A DNA stretch of 64,000 nt from an uncultured Ectothiorhodospiraceae bacterium (GCA_947259415.1 CAMYMI010000007.1:35565-99564), one strand, 5' to 3'; counted from the stretch's first letter, positions 10,134 to 20,047 are shown. Translations and numbers: made by a program. The notes: generated by a model from the sequence alone, not told the origin.

Positions 10134-10363
10134 GGTTCATCTCGCGGCTGGACTGGTCGAAGTGTATACGTCCGGGGTCGGTGAGATCAAAGCCTGCACT
10201 GCCCAGAACCGCCGCGAGAACAGCCCGGCAAAACGGAAGAGTCGGACTGGACGATGATCTATTGCGGGTATCGCTGGCTGCGGCTGCAGGCCCGCCTGAC
10301 GATTGTGTCCAGGGATTATCCTGATTTGCACATGTATAGACCGAAAAGGCCGGAATCGCCGGC

Positions 10364-11440
10364 TCACGTCATGTAATCGAAATGCACCCGGTTATTCACG
10401 CTACACAGGATTTCGTAGGCGATGGTGCCGGCACGTGCGGCGACATCATCAACCGGCAGGCCTTCACCCCAGAGCACGACTTCATCACCGATGCCGGCGT
10501 CCGGCTGCGACCTCAGATCAATGCAGATCATGTCCATGGATACGCGTCCGATTATTGATGTGCGTTTCCCGTTGACCAGCACCGGCATACCACTGGGCGC
10601 ATGACGCGGGTAGCCATCACCGTAGCCGATGGCTGCAACACCAACATTCATGGCCTCCGGACACACCCAGTCGCCGCCATAACCGACGGCATCTCCGGCC
10701 TGATGCCGGTTTACGGCAATTAACCGGGTAGCCAGGGTCATCACCGGTCGTAGGCCCAGTTCATCGGCCGTTCTGTTGAGCAGTGGCGATGCACCGTAGA
10801 GCATGATCCCGGGACGCACCCAGTCGAGCCGGGTATCGGGCCAGGCCAGCAGCGCCGCGGAGTTGGCCAGGGAACGCTCGCCATGCAGGCCCTGCGTGGC
10901 CTCCATGAAGCGATTCAGCTGAAGGCTGGTGTAGTCGTTCTCCGGGTCATCGGCACAGGCGAGATGTGACATCAGGCGCAGATTGCCGATACCGTCGAGT
11001 CGTGCGAGGCGACCGATCACGCTGGAGACGTCGGCCGGCGCGAAACCGAGACGGTTCATCCCGGTGTCGATCTTGAGCCAGACATCCAGCGTCCCGGCAG
11101 GTGGTGTCCGCTCCAGCAAATCGATCTGACTGGAATGATGCAGCACCACATCCAGGCCATATCCGCTGACCAGCGGGAAATCATCGGCCCCGAAGAAGCC
11201 TTCGAGTAACACGATACGGCTGTCAAAGCCGGCCTCCCGCAGTGCAATCGCCTCATCCAGGGTTACGACCCCGAAGGCATCGGCCGCCGCCAGGGCACGC
11301 CCCACATCGACCAGCCCATGACCATAGCCATTGGCCTTGATGATGGCCATCACCCGACTCCCGGATGCTGCCTGTTGTATACGCTGGAAGTTGTGCTGCA
11401 GGGCCGACAGATCAATGCGCGCCCGTGCGGGTCGCGTCAT
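10364..11440 (-). CDS. alr: Alanine racemase
   Basis: AIIKANGYGHG PLP lysine motif, KIDTGMNRLG, GYGDGYPR, GRVSMD. Confidence 0.97.
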   Translation of the reverse strand: MTRPARARIDLSALQHNFQRIQQAASGSRVMAIIKANGYGHGLVDVGRALAAADAFGVVTLDEAIALREAGFDSRIVLLEGFFGADDFPLVSGYGLDVVLHHSSQIDLLERTPPAGTLDVWLKIDTGMNRLGFAPADVSSVIGRLARLDGIGNLRLMSHLACADDPENDYTSLQLNRFMEATQGLHGERSLANSAALLAWPDTRLDWVRPGIMLYGASPLLNRTADELGLRPVMTLATRLIAVNRHQAGDAVGYGGDWVCPEAMNVGVAAIGYGDGYPRHAPSGMPVLVNGKRTSIIGRVSMDMICIDLRSQPDAGIGDEVVLWGEGLPVDDVAARAGTIAYEILCSVNNRVHFDYMT

Positions 11441-12834
11441 GCAAAGTCCCCGCCGGGATAGGTGTCTTCGGCGTAATTCTCGAAGCGGGTGAACTGGCCG
11501 CGGAACGTCAGGTGGCAGGTGCCGATGGGTCCGTTTCGCTGCTTGCCGATAATGACCTCGGCCATTCCCTTTTGCGGACTGTCCTCGTTGTAGACCTCAT
11601 CGCGGTAGATAAAGATGATCACATCGGCGTCCTGCTCAATGGCCCCCGACTCACGCAGGTCCGACATCACCGGACGCTTGTCGGTGCGCTGTTCTAGACC
11701 ACGGTTCAACTGCGACAGCGCAATCACCGGGACATTGAGTTCCTTTGCCAGCGCCTTCAGGTTGCGGGATATCTCGGAGATCTCTGTCGCACGGTTCTCG
11801 CGCGTGTTGGCCACCTGCATCAGCTGCAGGTAATCAATTATGATCATGCCGATGTCGTGCTCGCGCTTGAGCCGCCGGGCGCGGGCGCGCATCTCGGTCG
11901 GTGAGAGTGCCGGCGTGTCATCGATAAACAGCGGCGCCGTGTCCAGCAGGCTGACAGCGGAAGTCAGGCGCGGCCAGTCGTCATCCTGCAGCTTGCCGGT
12001 CCGGATCTTGTGCTGATCGATATGGCCCAGGGAGGACATCATGCGCAAGGCCAGCTGCTCTCCCGGCATTTCCATACTGAAGATGGCCACCGGGATTTGA
12101 TGACGGATGGCCGCATTCTCGGCGAAGTTCATTGCCAGTGTGGTCTTGCCCATCGAGGGCCGGCCGGCCACGATGACCAGGTCTGAAGGCTGCAGCCCGG
12201 CCGTCTTGGTATCAAGATCGGCGAACCCGGTGGGCACACCGGTGATTGGATCATCCTGCTGGAACAGCTGGTCGATACGGTCGACCGCAGCACTTAACAG
12301 GCTGCGGATATTCCTGAAGCCGCGCTGTCCGCGCTTGCCACGCTCGGCGATATCGAAGACCTTCTGCTCTGCAGTAGCCAGCAGTTCACTGGAAGAGCGG
12401 CCTTCGGTCACAAAGGCACTGCCGGCGATTTCGTTGCCGACAGAAATCAGCTGGCGCAATACCGAGTGCTCACGCACGATATCCGCATAGGCCTGGATAT
12501 TGGCCGCTGTCGGGGTGTTCTGTACCAGCGCACCGAGTGCGGCCAGCCCCCCTGCCTCCTCCAGCAACTGGTTCTGTTCCAGCCATTCCGAAAGCGTGAC
12601 GGCATCGAACGGGCTGTGCCTGTCTGCCAGCTGGGTGATGGCGCGAAAGATCAGGCGGTGATTGCGGCGGTAAAAGTCCTCCTCGGTGACGCGGTCGGCC
12701 ACCTTGTCCCAGGCGTTGTTGTCGAGCATCAGCCCGCCCAGCACCGCCTGTTCCGCCTGCAGTGAATGCGGCGGCACCTTCAGTGCATCGGTTTCTACTT
12801 GAATAGGTTCTGCGGAACGAAGGGACTCAGCCAT
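11437..12834 (-). CDS. dnaB: Replicative DNA helicase
   Basis: PPHS..AEQ, GRPSMGKT, IDYLQL, LSQLNR, SDLRESGAIEQDAD; no intein. Confidence 0.98.
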   Translation of the reverse strand: MAESLRSAEPIQVETDALKVPPHSLQAEQAVLGGLMLDNNAWDKVADRVTEEDFYRRNHRLIFRAITQLADRHSPFDAVTLSEWLEQNQLLEEAGGLAALGALVQNTPTAANIQAYADIVREHSVLRQLISVGNEIAGSAFVTEGRSSSELLATAEQKVFDIAERGKRGQRGFRNIRSLLSAAVDRIDQLFQQDDPITGVPTGFADLDTKTAGLQPSDLVIVAGRPSMGKTTLAMNFAENAAIRHQIPVAIFSMEMPGEQLALRMMSSLGHIDQHKIRTGKLQDDDWPRLTSAVSLLDTAPLFIDDTPALSPTEMRARARRLKREHDIGMIIIDYLQLMQVANTRENRATEISEISRNLKALAKELNVPVIALSQLNRGLEQRTDKRPVMSDLRESGAIEQDADVIIFIYRDEVYNEDSPQKGMAEVIIGKQRNGPIGTCHLTFRGQFTRFENYAEDTYPGGDFA

Positions 12835-13044
12835 GAGCAGGTATCTGGTATTGCGGCCGCGCTGTCGCGTGTATATACATCAGAAAATAAATAGCACAAA
12901 GCGGTGCTAAAGAGAATCTTGTTTTACTGCCTGATTTATGCGTCTCGTTATCGAGTGTTTCAGTAATAAAACGGGCCGTCGAATCCGATAGCCCGTTAGC
13001 TCCTCATTACAACAGCTTGCAATGAATGCCTGAGACAGAATTTA

Positions 13045-13491
13045 CTATTCCGCTTCAATCACCAGTTTGATCACCACATTGACATCAGTGTACAGATGGA
13101 GCTCAACATCGTATTCGCCGATCTGCCGGAAGGCGCCCATGGGCAGTCGGATTTCATTGCGTTCAACAACCACCCCGGCCTCCCCGATGGCATGCGCGAT
13201 ATCCGCAGTACCGATGGAACCGAACAGCTTGCCCTCTTCGCCGGCCTTGGCCTTGATGGTAATGGTCGTGTCGGCCAGCTGGGCACGCCGCGCCTCGGCG
13301 GCCCCCAGTGCATCGGCTGCCACCTTCTCGAGTTCTGCCCTTCGAGCCTCGAACTCGGCAATGTTCTCTGGTGTTGCGGGTGCGGCCTTGCCTTTGGGAA
13401 TCAGGAAATTACGACCATAGCCGGGCTTTACCTTGACACGGTCACCCAGGGCACCCAGGTTCTCAATTTTCTCTAGCAGAATGACTTCCAT
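13045..13491 (-). CDS. rplI: 50S ribosomal protein L9
   Basis: [36 protein letters not shown]. Confidence 0.98.
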   Translation of the reverse strand: MEVILLEKIENLGALGDRVKVKPGYGRNFLIPKGKAAPATPENIAEFEARRAELEKVAADALGAAEARRAQLADTTITIKAKAGEEGKLFGSIGTADIAHAIGEAGVVVERNEIRLPMGAFRQIGEYDVELHLYTDVNVVIKLVIEAE

Positions 13492-13527
13492 CGTAACAAC
13501 CTCTTGCTAATTGCTAATCTCTGTCAG

Positions 13528-14460
13528 TTATTTATCTGGTTTGCTGCCGGCCCTGCCCAGGCGTCGGCGAAAATCAATCCAGGTATCCAGTAAACCACCA
13601 CCGGCCAGCAACAGGGTAGCCTGTGGCAGTATCGCGAGCATGATATAGACCGCGATCAGCCAACCGCTGCCGCGACCGGTCTGCGCGACCAGGCCGTGCA
13701 CCACGGCCAACCCCACAAACAGGTACGGCACCAGCAGCACCATGGCTGACTGCGCCGCCATGTCACTGGCGACGCCCTCGGTAAACTGGGCGACGAGCAT
13801 CAAACCCAGTGTTACTACCCCGGCACCCTGGCCCAGCCGCAGGTCGATGAACTCGCTGCGCAGCCCACCCGGGTTAACCAGCAGCGACTGCCACCAGCGT
13901 CCCAGCAGTACACTGCAGATGGTACTGAGCACCAGTGATGCCAGCACTATCCCGCTCAGCAGCCGGGACAGCTCCTGCAGCAGGTCCTGTGCCGGCATCC
14001 CCTGCAGGAACAGTCCGGCCGCCTCAAGCTCGGCCTCGAACGACTGCAGGCGCTCCAGCCACCATGGCGCCGGATCACCGGCCAGCCCATAGACCAGCAT
14101 CAGTACAACGAATCCCAGTGCGGCTGCCGTGAGCATGGCGCTGGCCAGATTTACCGTCTGCCGCAGCACCACACTGACCAGCCAGCACGGCAACCACAAC
14201 AGCAACACCATGACGGCGACAGTTGCCGCCTGCGTCCCCGCCGCCAGGTAGAACAGCACCGTCAGGAGCGTTGCAACGATCAGTACCTGCAAACCCTGGG
14301 TGACACCGATCCTCAGAGTCACCAGGGCAACCACCGCCGCTCCCAGGTAATGGATCAATGTCGTGAGGGGCGGCAGTGCAAATGCCAGCACCCCGCTCAG
14401 CGCCGCGACCAGGATCGCCTGGAAGCGTCCGCTGACAATATAACCGGCCAGTGCCTTCAT
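13528..14460 (-). CDS. YybS/DUF2232-family membrane protein
   Basis: Highly hydrophobic; LGRWWQSLLVNPGG, GLLDTWIDFRRR; located between rpsR and rplI. Confidence 0.8.
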   Translation of the reverse strand: MKALAGYIVSGRFQAILVAALSGVLAFALPPLTTLIHYLGAAVVALVTLRIGVTQGLQVLIVATLLTVLFYLAAGTQAATVAVMVLLLWLPCWLVSVVLRQTVNLASAMLTAAALGFVVLMLVYGLAGDPAPWWLERLQSFEAELEAAGLFLQGMPAQDLLQELSRLLSGIVLASLVLSTICSVLLGRWWQSLLVNPGGLRSEFIDLRLGQGAGVVTLGLMLVAQFTEGVASDMAAQSAMVLLVPYLFVGLAVVHGLVAQTGRGSGWLIAVYIMLAILPQATLLLAGGGLLDTWIDFRRRLGRAGSKPDK

Positions 14461-14518
14461 GCCTTCTGTACCCTGGCCAGGACACAGTCAATCAGTCCGG
14501 CTGCGCCTGGTCAGACAA

Positions 14519-14743
14519 TCAATGCGAGTCGCAGTAAGGCAGCAGGGCCAGGTAGCGTGCCCGCTTGATGGCCGTTGACAGCTGGCGCTGATAGCGGGCC
14601 TTGGTCCCCGTGATACGGCTGGGTACGATCTTGCCGGTCTCGGTGATGTATTGCCTGAGCAGATTGATATCCTTGTAATCAATCTCCTTGATGCCTTCGG
14701 CGGTGAACTTGCAGAACTTGCGACGACGAAAATAACGAGCCAT
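14519..14743 (-). CDS. rpsR: 30S ribosomal protein S18
   Basis: [24 protein letters not shown]...[11 protein letters not shown]. Confidence 0.98.
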   Translation of the reverse strand: MARYFRRRKFCKFTAEGIKEIDYKDINLLRQYITETGKIVPSRITGTKARYQRQLSTAIKRARYLALLPYCDSH

Positions 14744-14776
14744 TTATTGCACCTTTTGAAATCTTTTAATCAAGAA

Positions 14777-15232
14777 TTATTCGGGGTTTGCCGGGGTTTC
14801 CTCAGCCACCGCTTCAGCGGCGGCCTGGCCTCCCTCGGCGACCGGTTCCTTAGCGACAGTTTCTTCACCTCGGATACTCTCATCCCGGGTTTCGTCGCGC
14901 TCGCGCTTTTCCTCGGGCTTCTTCATCAGCGGTGAAGACTCGGTCTTGGCCTCCTTTTGACTGATGACCATGTTTCTCAGCACGGCGTCATTGAAGCGGA
15001 AGGCACTGGTCAGCTCCTCGAGGGTTGCGGTGCCGCACTCGATATTCATCAGCACGTAATGCGCCTTGTGCAATTTCTGGATCGGATAGGCCAGTTGGCG
15101 ACGGCCCCAGTCTTCCAGGCGATGTACGGTACCACCATCGGACTCGATGGTCGCGCGGTAGCGATCAATCATGGCGGGTACTTGTTCACTCTGGTCAGGG
15201 TGGACCAGAAACACGACTTCGTAGTGTCTCAT
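14777..15232 (-). CDS. rpsF: 30S ribosomal protein S6
   Basis: [22 protein letters not shown]...[12 protein letters not shown]; start at ATG 15232. Confidence 0.98.
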   Translation of the reverse strand: MRHYEVVFLVHPDQSEQVPAMIDRYRATIESDGGTVHRLEDWGRRQLAYPIQKLHKAHYVLMNIECGTATLEELTSAFRFNDAVLRNMVISQKEAKTESSPLMKKPEEKRERDETRDESIRGEETVAKEPVAEGGQAAAEAVAEETPANPE

Positions 15233-15284
15233 ACAGACCCCTTGTGGATGTGAAGCCTTCTGTCGGTGCAAAAGGCAAGGAGTT
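15233..15284 (-). promoter_or_regulatory. S6:S18 ribosomal protein leader
   Basis: CCTTGCCTTTTG...CAGAAGGCTTCACATCCACAAGGGG directly before rpsF; hairpin and SD-pairing layout resemble the enterobacterial rpsF leader (from memory). Confidence 0.6.
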
Positions 15285-15310
15285 AAGAATCAGATTGTTA
15301 GAGGCCGCGC

Positions 15311-15339
15311 ATTCTACGTGAGGCATCTGCGGGATGCAA
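15311..15339 (-). promoter_or_regulatory. Sigma70 promoter of rpsF-rpsR-rplI
   Basis: TTGCAT-N17-TAGAAT plus GC-rich discriminator. Confidence 0.7.
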
Positions 15340-15411
15340 TCACCCTGCCTATCTCTGATCACGAGACACAAGATCACAGGCAGACCGTTCCTCAGGCCTG
15401 AAATTCAAGTC

Positions 15412-15594
15412 TCACCGCAGAGACGCGCGGACGCAGAGACAGGCAAGTACATGTTTTAATGAATGGGAGACAGGTTGACTTCAGATACTAGACTCTAGTT
15501 TATATAAAAGTTATATATTATTGATTTTACTGGTGTTTAGTCATATGTATATGTTTTTTATTGCTTCTCTGCGTCCTGGGCGTCTCGGCGGTGA
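15412..15594. repeat. MITE-like element with ~28-bp imperfect terminal inverted repeats and an AT-rich core
   Basis: TCACCGCAGAGACGCGCGGACGCAGAGA (15412-15439) vs TCTCTGCGTCCTGGGCGTCTCGGCGGTGA (15566-15594). Confidence 0.7.
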
Positions 15595-15618
15595 ACATTC
15601 TTTGCGTCCTTTTTACCT

Positions 15619-15690
15619 CTCGGCAATTGCTCCCTGCATCACCTAAAGCGCCTACTTTTGGTGTTCTACCTCATCCTTCCCTGGAGTCGT
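15619..15690. repeat. Dispersed CTCGG...GTCGT miniature element, copy 1
   Basis: Highly similar to 26456-26569; sits inside a TCTTTGCGTCC...GCGGTGA repeat arm. Confidence 0.75.
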
Positions 15691-16452
15691 GCGGTGAGGT
15701 TTGGTTTGGCTTCCGGTGGCCCGCTGGCGGCGCGTCTCGAACAGCAGCACCCCCGCGGCGACCGACACGTTGAGGCTCGCCACTTGCCCGGCCATGGGGA
15801 TCGCCACCAGGTAGTCGCAATGCTCGCGGGTAAGCCTCCTGAGGCCCTTGCCCTCCGCCCCGAGCACAAGCGCAAGCGGGCCAGTCAAGTCGGTGCCGTA
15901 GAGCTCGCCCTCCGCGGCATCACTGGCACCGTATATCCATATGCCGGCCTGCTTTAACAGACGCAGGGTGCGCGCCAGGTTGGTCACGCTGAATACCGGA
16001 ACCGACTCGGCCGCGCCACTGGCTACCTTGCGGACCACGGGAGTTATCCGCGCTGCCCGGTCACGCGGGACGATCAGTGCGTGCACCCCGGCCGCATCGG
16101 CAGTGCGCAAGCAGGCGCCCAGGTTGTGCGGGTCCTGGACCCCGTCAAGGACCAGCAGAAAGGCCGGCTCCTGCAGCGACTCGAGAAAGACCGGCAGGTC
16201 CTGTTCACGCGATTCATGCACAGCGTCACGCAGCGACGCGATCACGCCCTGATGGCTTGCATCCGGTAGCAACGCGTCCAGTTCACTGCGCGCTACACGC
16301 TTCACCGGAACGCCGGCCGCATCGGCCTGCTTGACGACCCGTGCGATGCGCCGGTCTTCCCGTCCCGCGGCCACCCTCAGTTGACTAACCCGCGCGGGGG
16401 CGTTAGCCAGCAGCCCTTCCACGGCGTGCAGGCCATAGACCAACTCGTTCAT
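15652..16452 (-). CDS. rlmB: 23S rRNA (Gm2251) 2'-O-methyltransferase
   Basis: YGLHAV, HQGV, LDGVQDPHNLGACLRTADAAG, GAEGKGLRRLT, SLNVSVA. Confidence 0.96.
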   Translation of the reverse strand: MNELVYGLHAVEGLLANAPARVSQLRVAAGREDRRIARVVKQADAAGVPVKRVARSELDALLPDASHQGVIASLRDAVHESREQDLPVFLESLQEPAFLLVLDGVQDPHNLGACLRTADAAGVHALIVPRDRAARITPVVRKVASGAAESVPVFSVTNLARTLRLLKQAGIWIYGASDAAEGELYGTDLTGPLALVLGAEGKGLRRLTREHCDYLVAIPMAGQVASLNVSVAAGVLLFETRRQRATGSQTKPHRTTPGKDEVEHQK

Positions 16453-16481
16453 GTCATGCCACTGGTGCTGCGTGCCCGGCC

Positions 16482-17159
16482 TCAGGGTGCCTGGTAGGCG
16501 TCCTGCTCCTGACCTTCAACGACAGGCTTGACGATAAGTTCGACCCGACGGTTCAGCTGGCGTCCGGCCTCGGTCGCATTGGTGTCGCGCGGTTCGTGTT
16601 CACCGCGCCCTTCCGCTTGCAGACGGCCGTCCGGCACACCGCGGCTCGTCAGATAATTTGCGACACTACGTGCCCGGCGTTCCGACAGGTCCTGATTGTA
16701 GGCGTCGCTGCCGGTGCTGTCGGTGTGGCCGATGACATGGACAATGGAACGGTCATAGCGCACCAGGATATCTGCCACCTTGTCCAGGGTCGTCATGAAG
16801 GCCGGCTTGATCTCCGCCCGGTCAAAATCGAAGGAAACCTCGCTCGGGACGTTGAGTCTCAGGCTCTCGTCCTCCAGGCGTTCGATCTCGACATCATGGG
16901 CGTAACGTTCTTCCGCAAGGGCATCCTCGAATTCATTCTGCTGCTTGTCCATGTAATGCCCGACCGCCCCGCCGGCGATCGCCCCGGCAACCGCGCCGAC
17001 GTAACGGCCCGAGTCGTCATCGAGCTGGTGGCCGAGGACGGCTCCGACCACAGCGCCGACTGCCGCTCCCGTCTTGGTGCGCCGATTCGGGTCATCGGCC
17101 GCACAGCCATAGAGTGACACGACCAGCAATAAACATATGGCCTTTAATGAATGGTTCAT
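16482..17159 (-). CDS. OmpA-family lipoprotein (YiaD-like, glycine zipper)
   Basis: Lipobox LYGC, GAAVGAVVGAVLG zipper, GHTDSTG, N..LSERRA, NRRVE. Confidence 0.9.
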   Translation of the reverse strand: MNHSLKAICLLLVVSLYGCAADDPNRRTKTGAAVGAVVGAVLGHQLDDDSGRYVGAVAGAIAGGAVGHYMDKQQNEFEDALAEERYAHDVEIERLEDESLRLNVPSEVSFDFDRAEIKPAFMTTLDKVADILVRYDRSIVHVIGHTDSTGSDAYNQDLSERRARSVANYLTSRGVPDGRLQAEGRGEHEPRDTNATEAGRQLNRRVELIVKPVVEGQEQDAYQAP

Positions 17160-19420
17160 CTTGATTTCCTCCTCGTCTTGGCAGTGCGCCGTCCCTTCTT
17201 CTTCCTGCGTTTAGTTAAGACTGATTCCTGCTCTATCAGTTCAAAATCGATCTTGCGCTCGTCCAGGTTGACCTGCATCACCTTGACGGCGACCACATCA
17301 CCGAGGCGGTAGATGCGGTTGGTGCGCTCCCCGATCAGCCAGTGCCGCGCCGGGTCATAGTGGTAGTAGTCATTACCCAGCGCGGTGACATGCACCAGAC
17401 CTTCCACATAGATCTCCTGCAGTTCCACGAAGATCCCGAACGAAGTCACGCTGCTGATAATGCCCTTGTAGGACTCGCCGATCTTGTCGAGCATGTATTC
17501 GCACTTGAGCCAGTCGATGGCATCACGGGTCGCGTCGTCGGCACGCCGCTCGGTCATCGAACAGTGATCGCCGAAGGCCTGCATATCGGCATGGCCATAA
17601 TCAAACTGCGCCGCCTTTTCCCCGGAGAGGATGTGGCGGATAGCCCGGTGAACCAGCAGGTCCGGATAGCGCCTGATCGGTGAGGTGAAGTGTACATAGT
17701 TTTCGTGTGCCAGGCCGAAGTGCCCGATATTCTCGGGGTGGTATTCGGCGCGCGGCAGCGAGCGCAGCAGGACGGTATTGATGAGGTGTTCATCCGGCCG
17801 GCCGCGGACGGTATGCAGCAGGGTCGCGTAGTCCTTGGCCGTCGGCCGCAGGCGGCCACGCAGCGACAGCCCGAGCTCACCCAGGAACTCCTGCAGGCCC
17901 TCCACCTTATCGGAATCCGGCTGCGCATGGACCCGGAACAGGGCCGGCATCTTGTGGCGGATCAGGAAACGGGCCGCGGCCACATTGGCGGCAATCATGC
18001 ACTCCTCGATCAGCTTGTGGGCATCATTGCGCACCACGGGCACGATGCGCTCGATCTTGCGGTGTTCGCCGAAGACGATACGGGTCTCGGTAGTTTCGAA
18101 ATCGATAGCGCCGCGCTGCTCGCGCGCGTCACGCAGTACCCCGTACAAGCGGTACAGTTCCTCGAGATGGGGCACCAGTTCACGGTATTTTTCGCGGGTG
18201 TCTTCATCCTCATCGACCAGGATGGCCGCGGCCTGCTCATAGGTCAGGCGTGCATGCGAGCGCATCACGCCCTCGATGAAATTGGAGCGCGTGATCTTGC
18301 CCTGCGGGTTGATATGCATCTCGCAGACCATGCACAGACGGTCCACATCCGGGTTGAGGGAGCACAGCCCGTTCGACAGCACCTCGGGTAGCATCGGGAT
18401 CACGCGCTCGGGGAAATAGACGGAATTGCCGCGGTTCTCGGCCTCGCTGTCCAGTGCGGTATCGGTGCGCACATAATGCGAGACGTCGGCGATGGCGACG
18501 ATCAGGCGCCAACCGCCCGACTTGCGCTCACAGAAAACGGCATCATCGAAGTCGCGCGCATCCTTGCCGTCGATGGTGACCAGGGGAGTGGCGCGCAGGT
18601 CGGTGCGGCCCTGGCTGGCCTGTGCAGGGACCTCGCTGCCGAATTTGCCAATCTCCCTGTCAACGGCCTCCGGCCACTCCTGGGGCAGGTCGTGACTGCG
18701 GATGGCGATATCGATCTCCATCCCGGGCGCCATGTGCTCACCCAGCACCTCGACTACATGGCCGACCGGGATAGCGTGTTTGCCGGGTTGCTCAACAATC
18801 TCGACCGTGACAATCTGGCCGTGGGCCGCGCCACCGGTGTGTTTGTCGGGTACCCCGATGTCATGGGTGATGCGCTTGTTGTCCGGCACCACGGTATTGA
18901 TGCCGCTCTCACGGTAGAAACGCCCCACCACGCGCCGGGTATTGCGCTCCAGGACCTCGACAATGTTGCCTTCCAGGCGCCCGCGCCGGTCCTTGCCCGT
19001 GATCCGCACCATCACCCGGTCGTCATGAAACACGGTGTGCATCTGGCGGGCCGAGAGGTAAACGTCCTCGCCCTTCTCATCCGGGACCAGGAAACCAAAA
19101 CCGTCGGGGTGGGCAATGACCCGGCCCGGGATCAGGTCGAACTGATCGGCCTGCGCATAACAGCCACGCCGGTTGCGTACCAGCTGGCCGTCCCGGGTCA
19201 TTGCATTCAGACGCCGGCGCAGGGCCTCGGTGCCCTCCTCCGTGTTGATACCGAGAATCCCGGCCAGTCCCTCACGGTTGACCGGTACATCGGCCGCAGC
19301 GATGACCTCGATGATGTGTTCGCGACTTGCAATGGGTGATTCGTAGCGTTCCGCCTCGCGCCGGGCATGTGGGTCACGGCGGCGCAGACCAGTCGTTTTT
19401 CGTTTTCTGGTTTTCTTCAT
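17156..19420 (-). CDS. rnr: Ribonuclease R
   Basis: HPDGFGF, TIDG.DARDFDDA, HFTSPIRRYPDL, S1 domain, basic tail. Confidence 0.97.
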   Translation of the reverse strand: MKKTRKRKTTGLRRRDPHARREAERYESPIASREHIIEVIAAADVPVNREGLAGILGINTEEGTEALRRRLNAMTRDGQLVRNRRGCYAQADQFDLIPGRVIAHPDGFGFLVPDEKGEDVYLSARQMHTVFHDDRVMVRITGKDRRGRLEGNIVEVLERNTRRVVGRFYRESGINTVVPDNKRITHDIGVPDKHTGGAAHGQIVTVEIVEQPGKHAIPVGHVVEVLGEHMAPGMEIDIAIRSHDLPQEWPEAVDREIGKFGSEVPAQASQGRTDLRATPLVTIDGKDARDFDDAVFCERKSGGWRLIVAIADVSHYVRTDTALDSEAENRGNSVYFPERVIPMLPEVLSNGLCSLNPDVDRLCMVCEMHINPQGKITRSNFIEGVMRSHARLTYEQAAAILVDEDEDTREKYRELVPHLEELYRLYGVLRDAREQRGAIDFETTETRIVFGEHRKIERIVPVVRNDAHKLIEECMIAANVAAARFLIRHKMPALFRVHAQPDSDKVEGLQEFLGELGLSLRGRLRPTAKDYATLLHTVRGRPDEHLINTVLLRSLPRAEYHPENIGHFGLAHENYVHFTSPIRRYPDLLVHRAIRHILSGEKAAQFDYGHADMQAFGDHCSMTERRADDATRDAIDWLKCEYMLDKIGESYKGIISSVTSFGIFVELQEIYVEGLVHVTALGNDYYHYDPARHWLIGERTNRIYRLGDVVAVKVMQVNLDERKIDFELIEQESVLTKRRKKKGRRTAKTRRKSR

Positions 19421-19476
19421 CCGATCGGGCTTCTATTCACCTGTTAAACGGGTAGTGTGCGTGCCCCGGGGGCAAA

Positions 19477-19505
19477 TTGACAAGCTATATATCAGCGGTT
19501 AGAGT
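19477..19505 (+). promoter_or_regulatory. Sigma70 promoter of tRNA-Leu
   Basis: TTGACA-N17-TAGAGT followed by GC-rich discriminator. Confidence 0.85.
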
Positions 19506-19552
19506 TCGCGCTCCCGGGATTTTTTCAGCATCTCCGGGAACGTAACAGCATG

Positions 19553-19639
19553 GCCGAGGTGGCGGAATTGGTAGACGCGCTAGCTTCAGGTGCTAGTGGG
19601 GGTAACCCCGTGGAGGTTCAAGTCCTCTCCTCGGCACCA
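19553..19639 (+). tRNA. tRNA-Leu (anticodon CAG)
   Basis: GCCGAGG/CCTCGGC acceptor stem, D arm with GG, CTAGC-TTCAGGT-GCTAG anticodon arm, long variable arm, GGTTCAAGTCC T arm, encoded CCA. Confidence 0.98.
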
Positions 19640-19951
19640 TCTCCCCGGGTTCCCGCACAACATCCACCTTTTGCTACCGATATGCACAAAGTTGACAGGG
19701 CAGGCTCGGTCCGCGCGGACCTCTATCTTGCGGGGCCTGCGCTCCTTTCGCTTCGGGATATGCAGGGTCTGGACACACGCCTTCAGACTTGCCTTGATTA
19801 TATCTCCGTCCAGTTCCCGCTGAGGGAGAATCTGTGTTGGCAGCGGGACGAATGGGTGTCGGCATAGACTGCCTCCATGCCGTCGGGCATGGGAATACTC
19901 ACATCACCCTCGGTAGATAAGCGGAACGGATCCCCAGCCCCCGATCCAGCC

Positions 19952-19981
19952 AAAAAAAAGCACCAACCCGCGGGTTGGCGC
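19952..19981 (-). terminator. Rho-independent terminator of the 20048-20509 gene
   Basis: GCGCCAACCC-GC-GGGTTGGTGC followed by T8 on the minus strand. Confidence 0.8.
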
Positions 19982-20047
19982 CTGTGTTCTGGAAAAGCCG
20001 TATGGCCGGGGGCCCTCAGGGACGGCGCCGGTCGGCGTTGTTTGCTG

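Noticed and set aside
10137-10367. 76-aa ORF exactly filling the alr-radA gap
   Set aside because: Arg/Pro-rich shadow-like composition and no recognisable motif; cannot be supported without homologues
14519-15232. priB absent between rpsF and rpsR
   Set aside because: Common in non-enteric Gammaproteobacteria
19770-19860. Possible HDV-like/theta ribozyme (CGAATGGG J4/2-like segment) near a tRNA
   Set aside because: Could not build P3/L3 or P1.1, and it does not abut the tRNA 3' end
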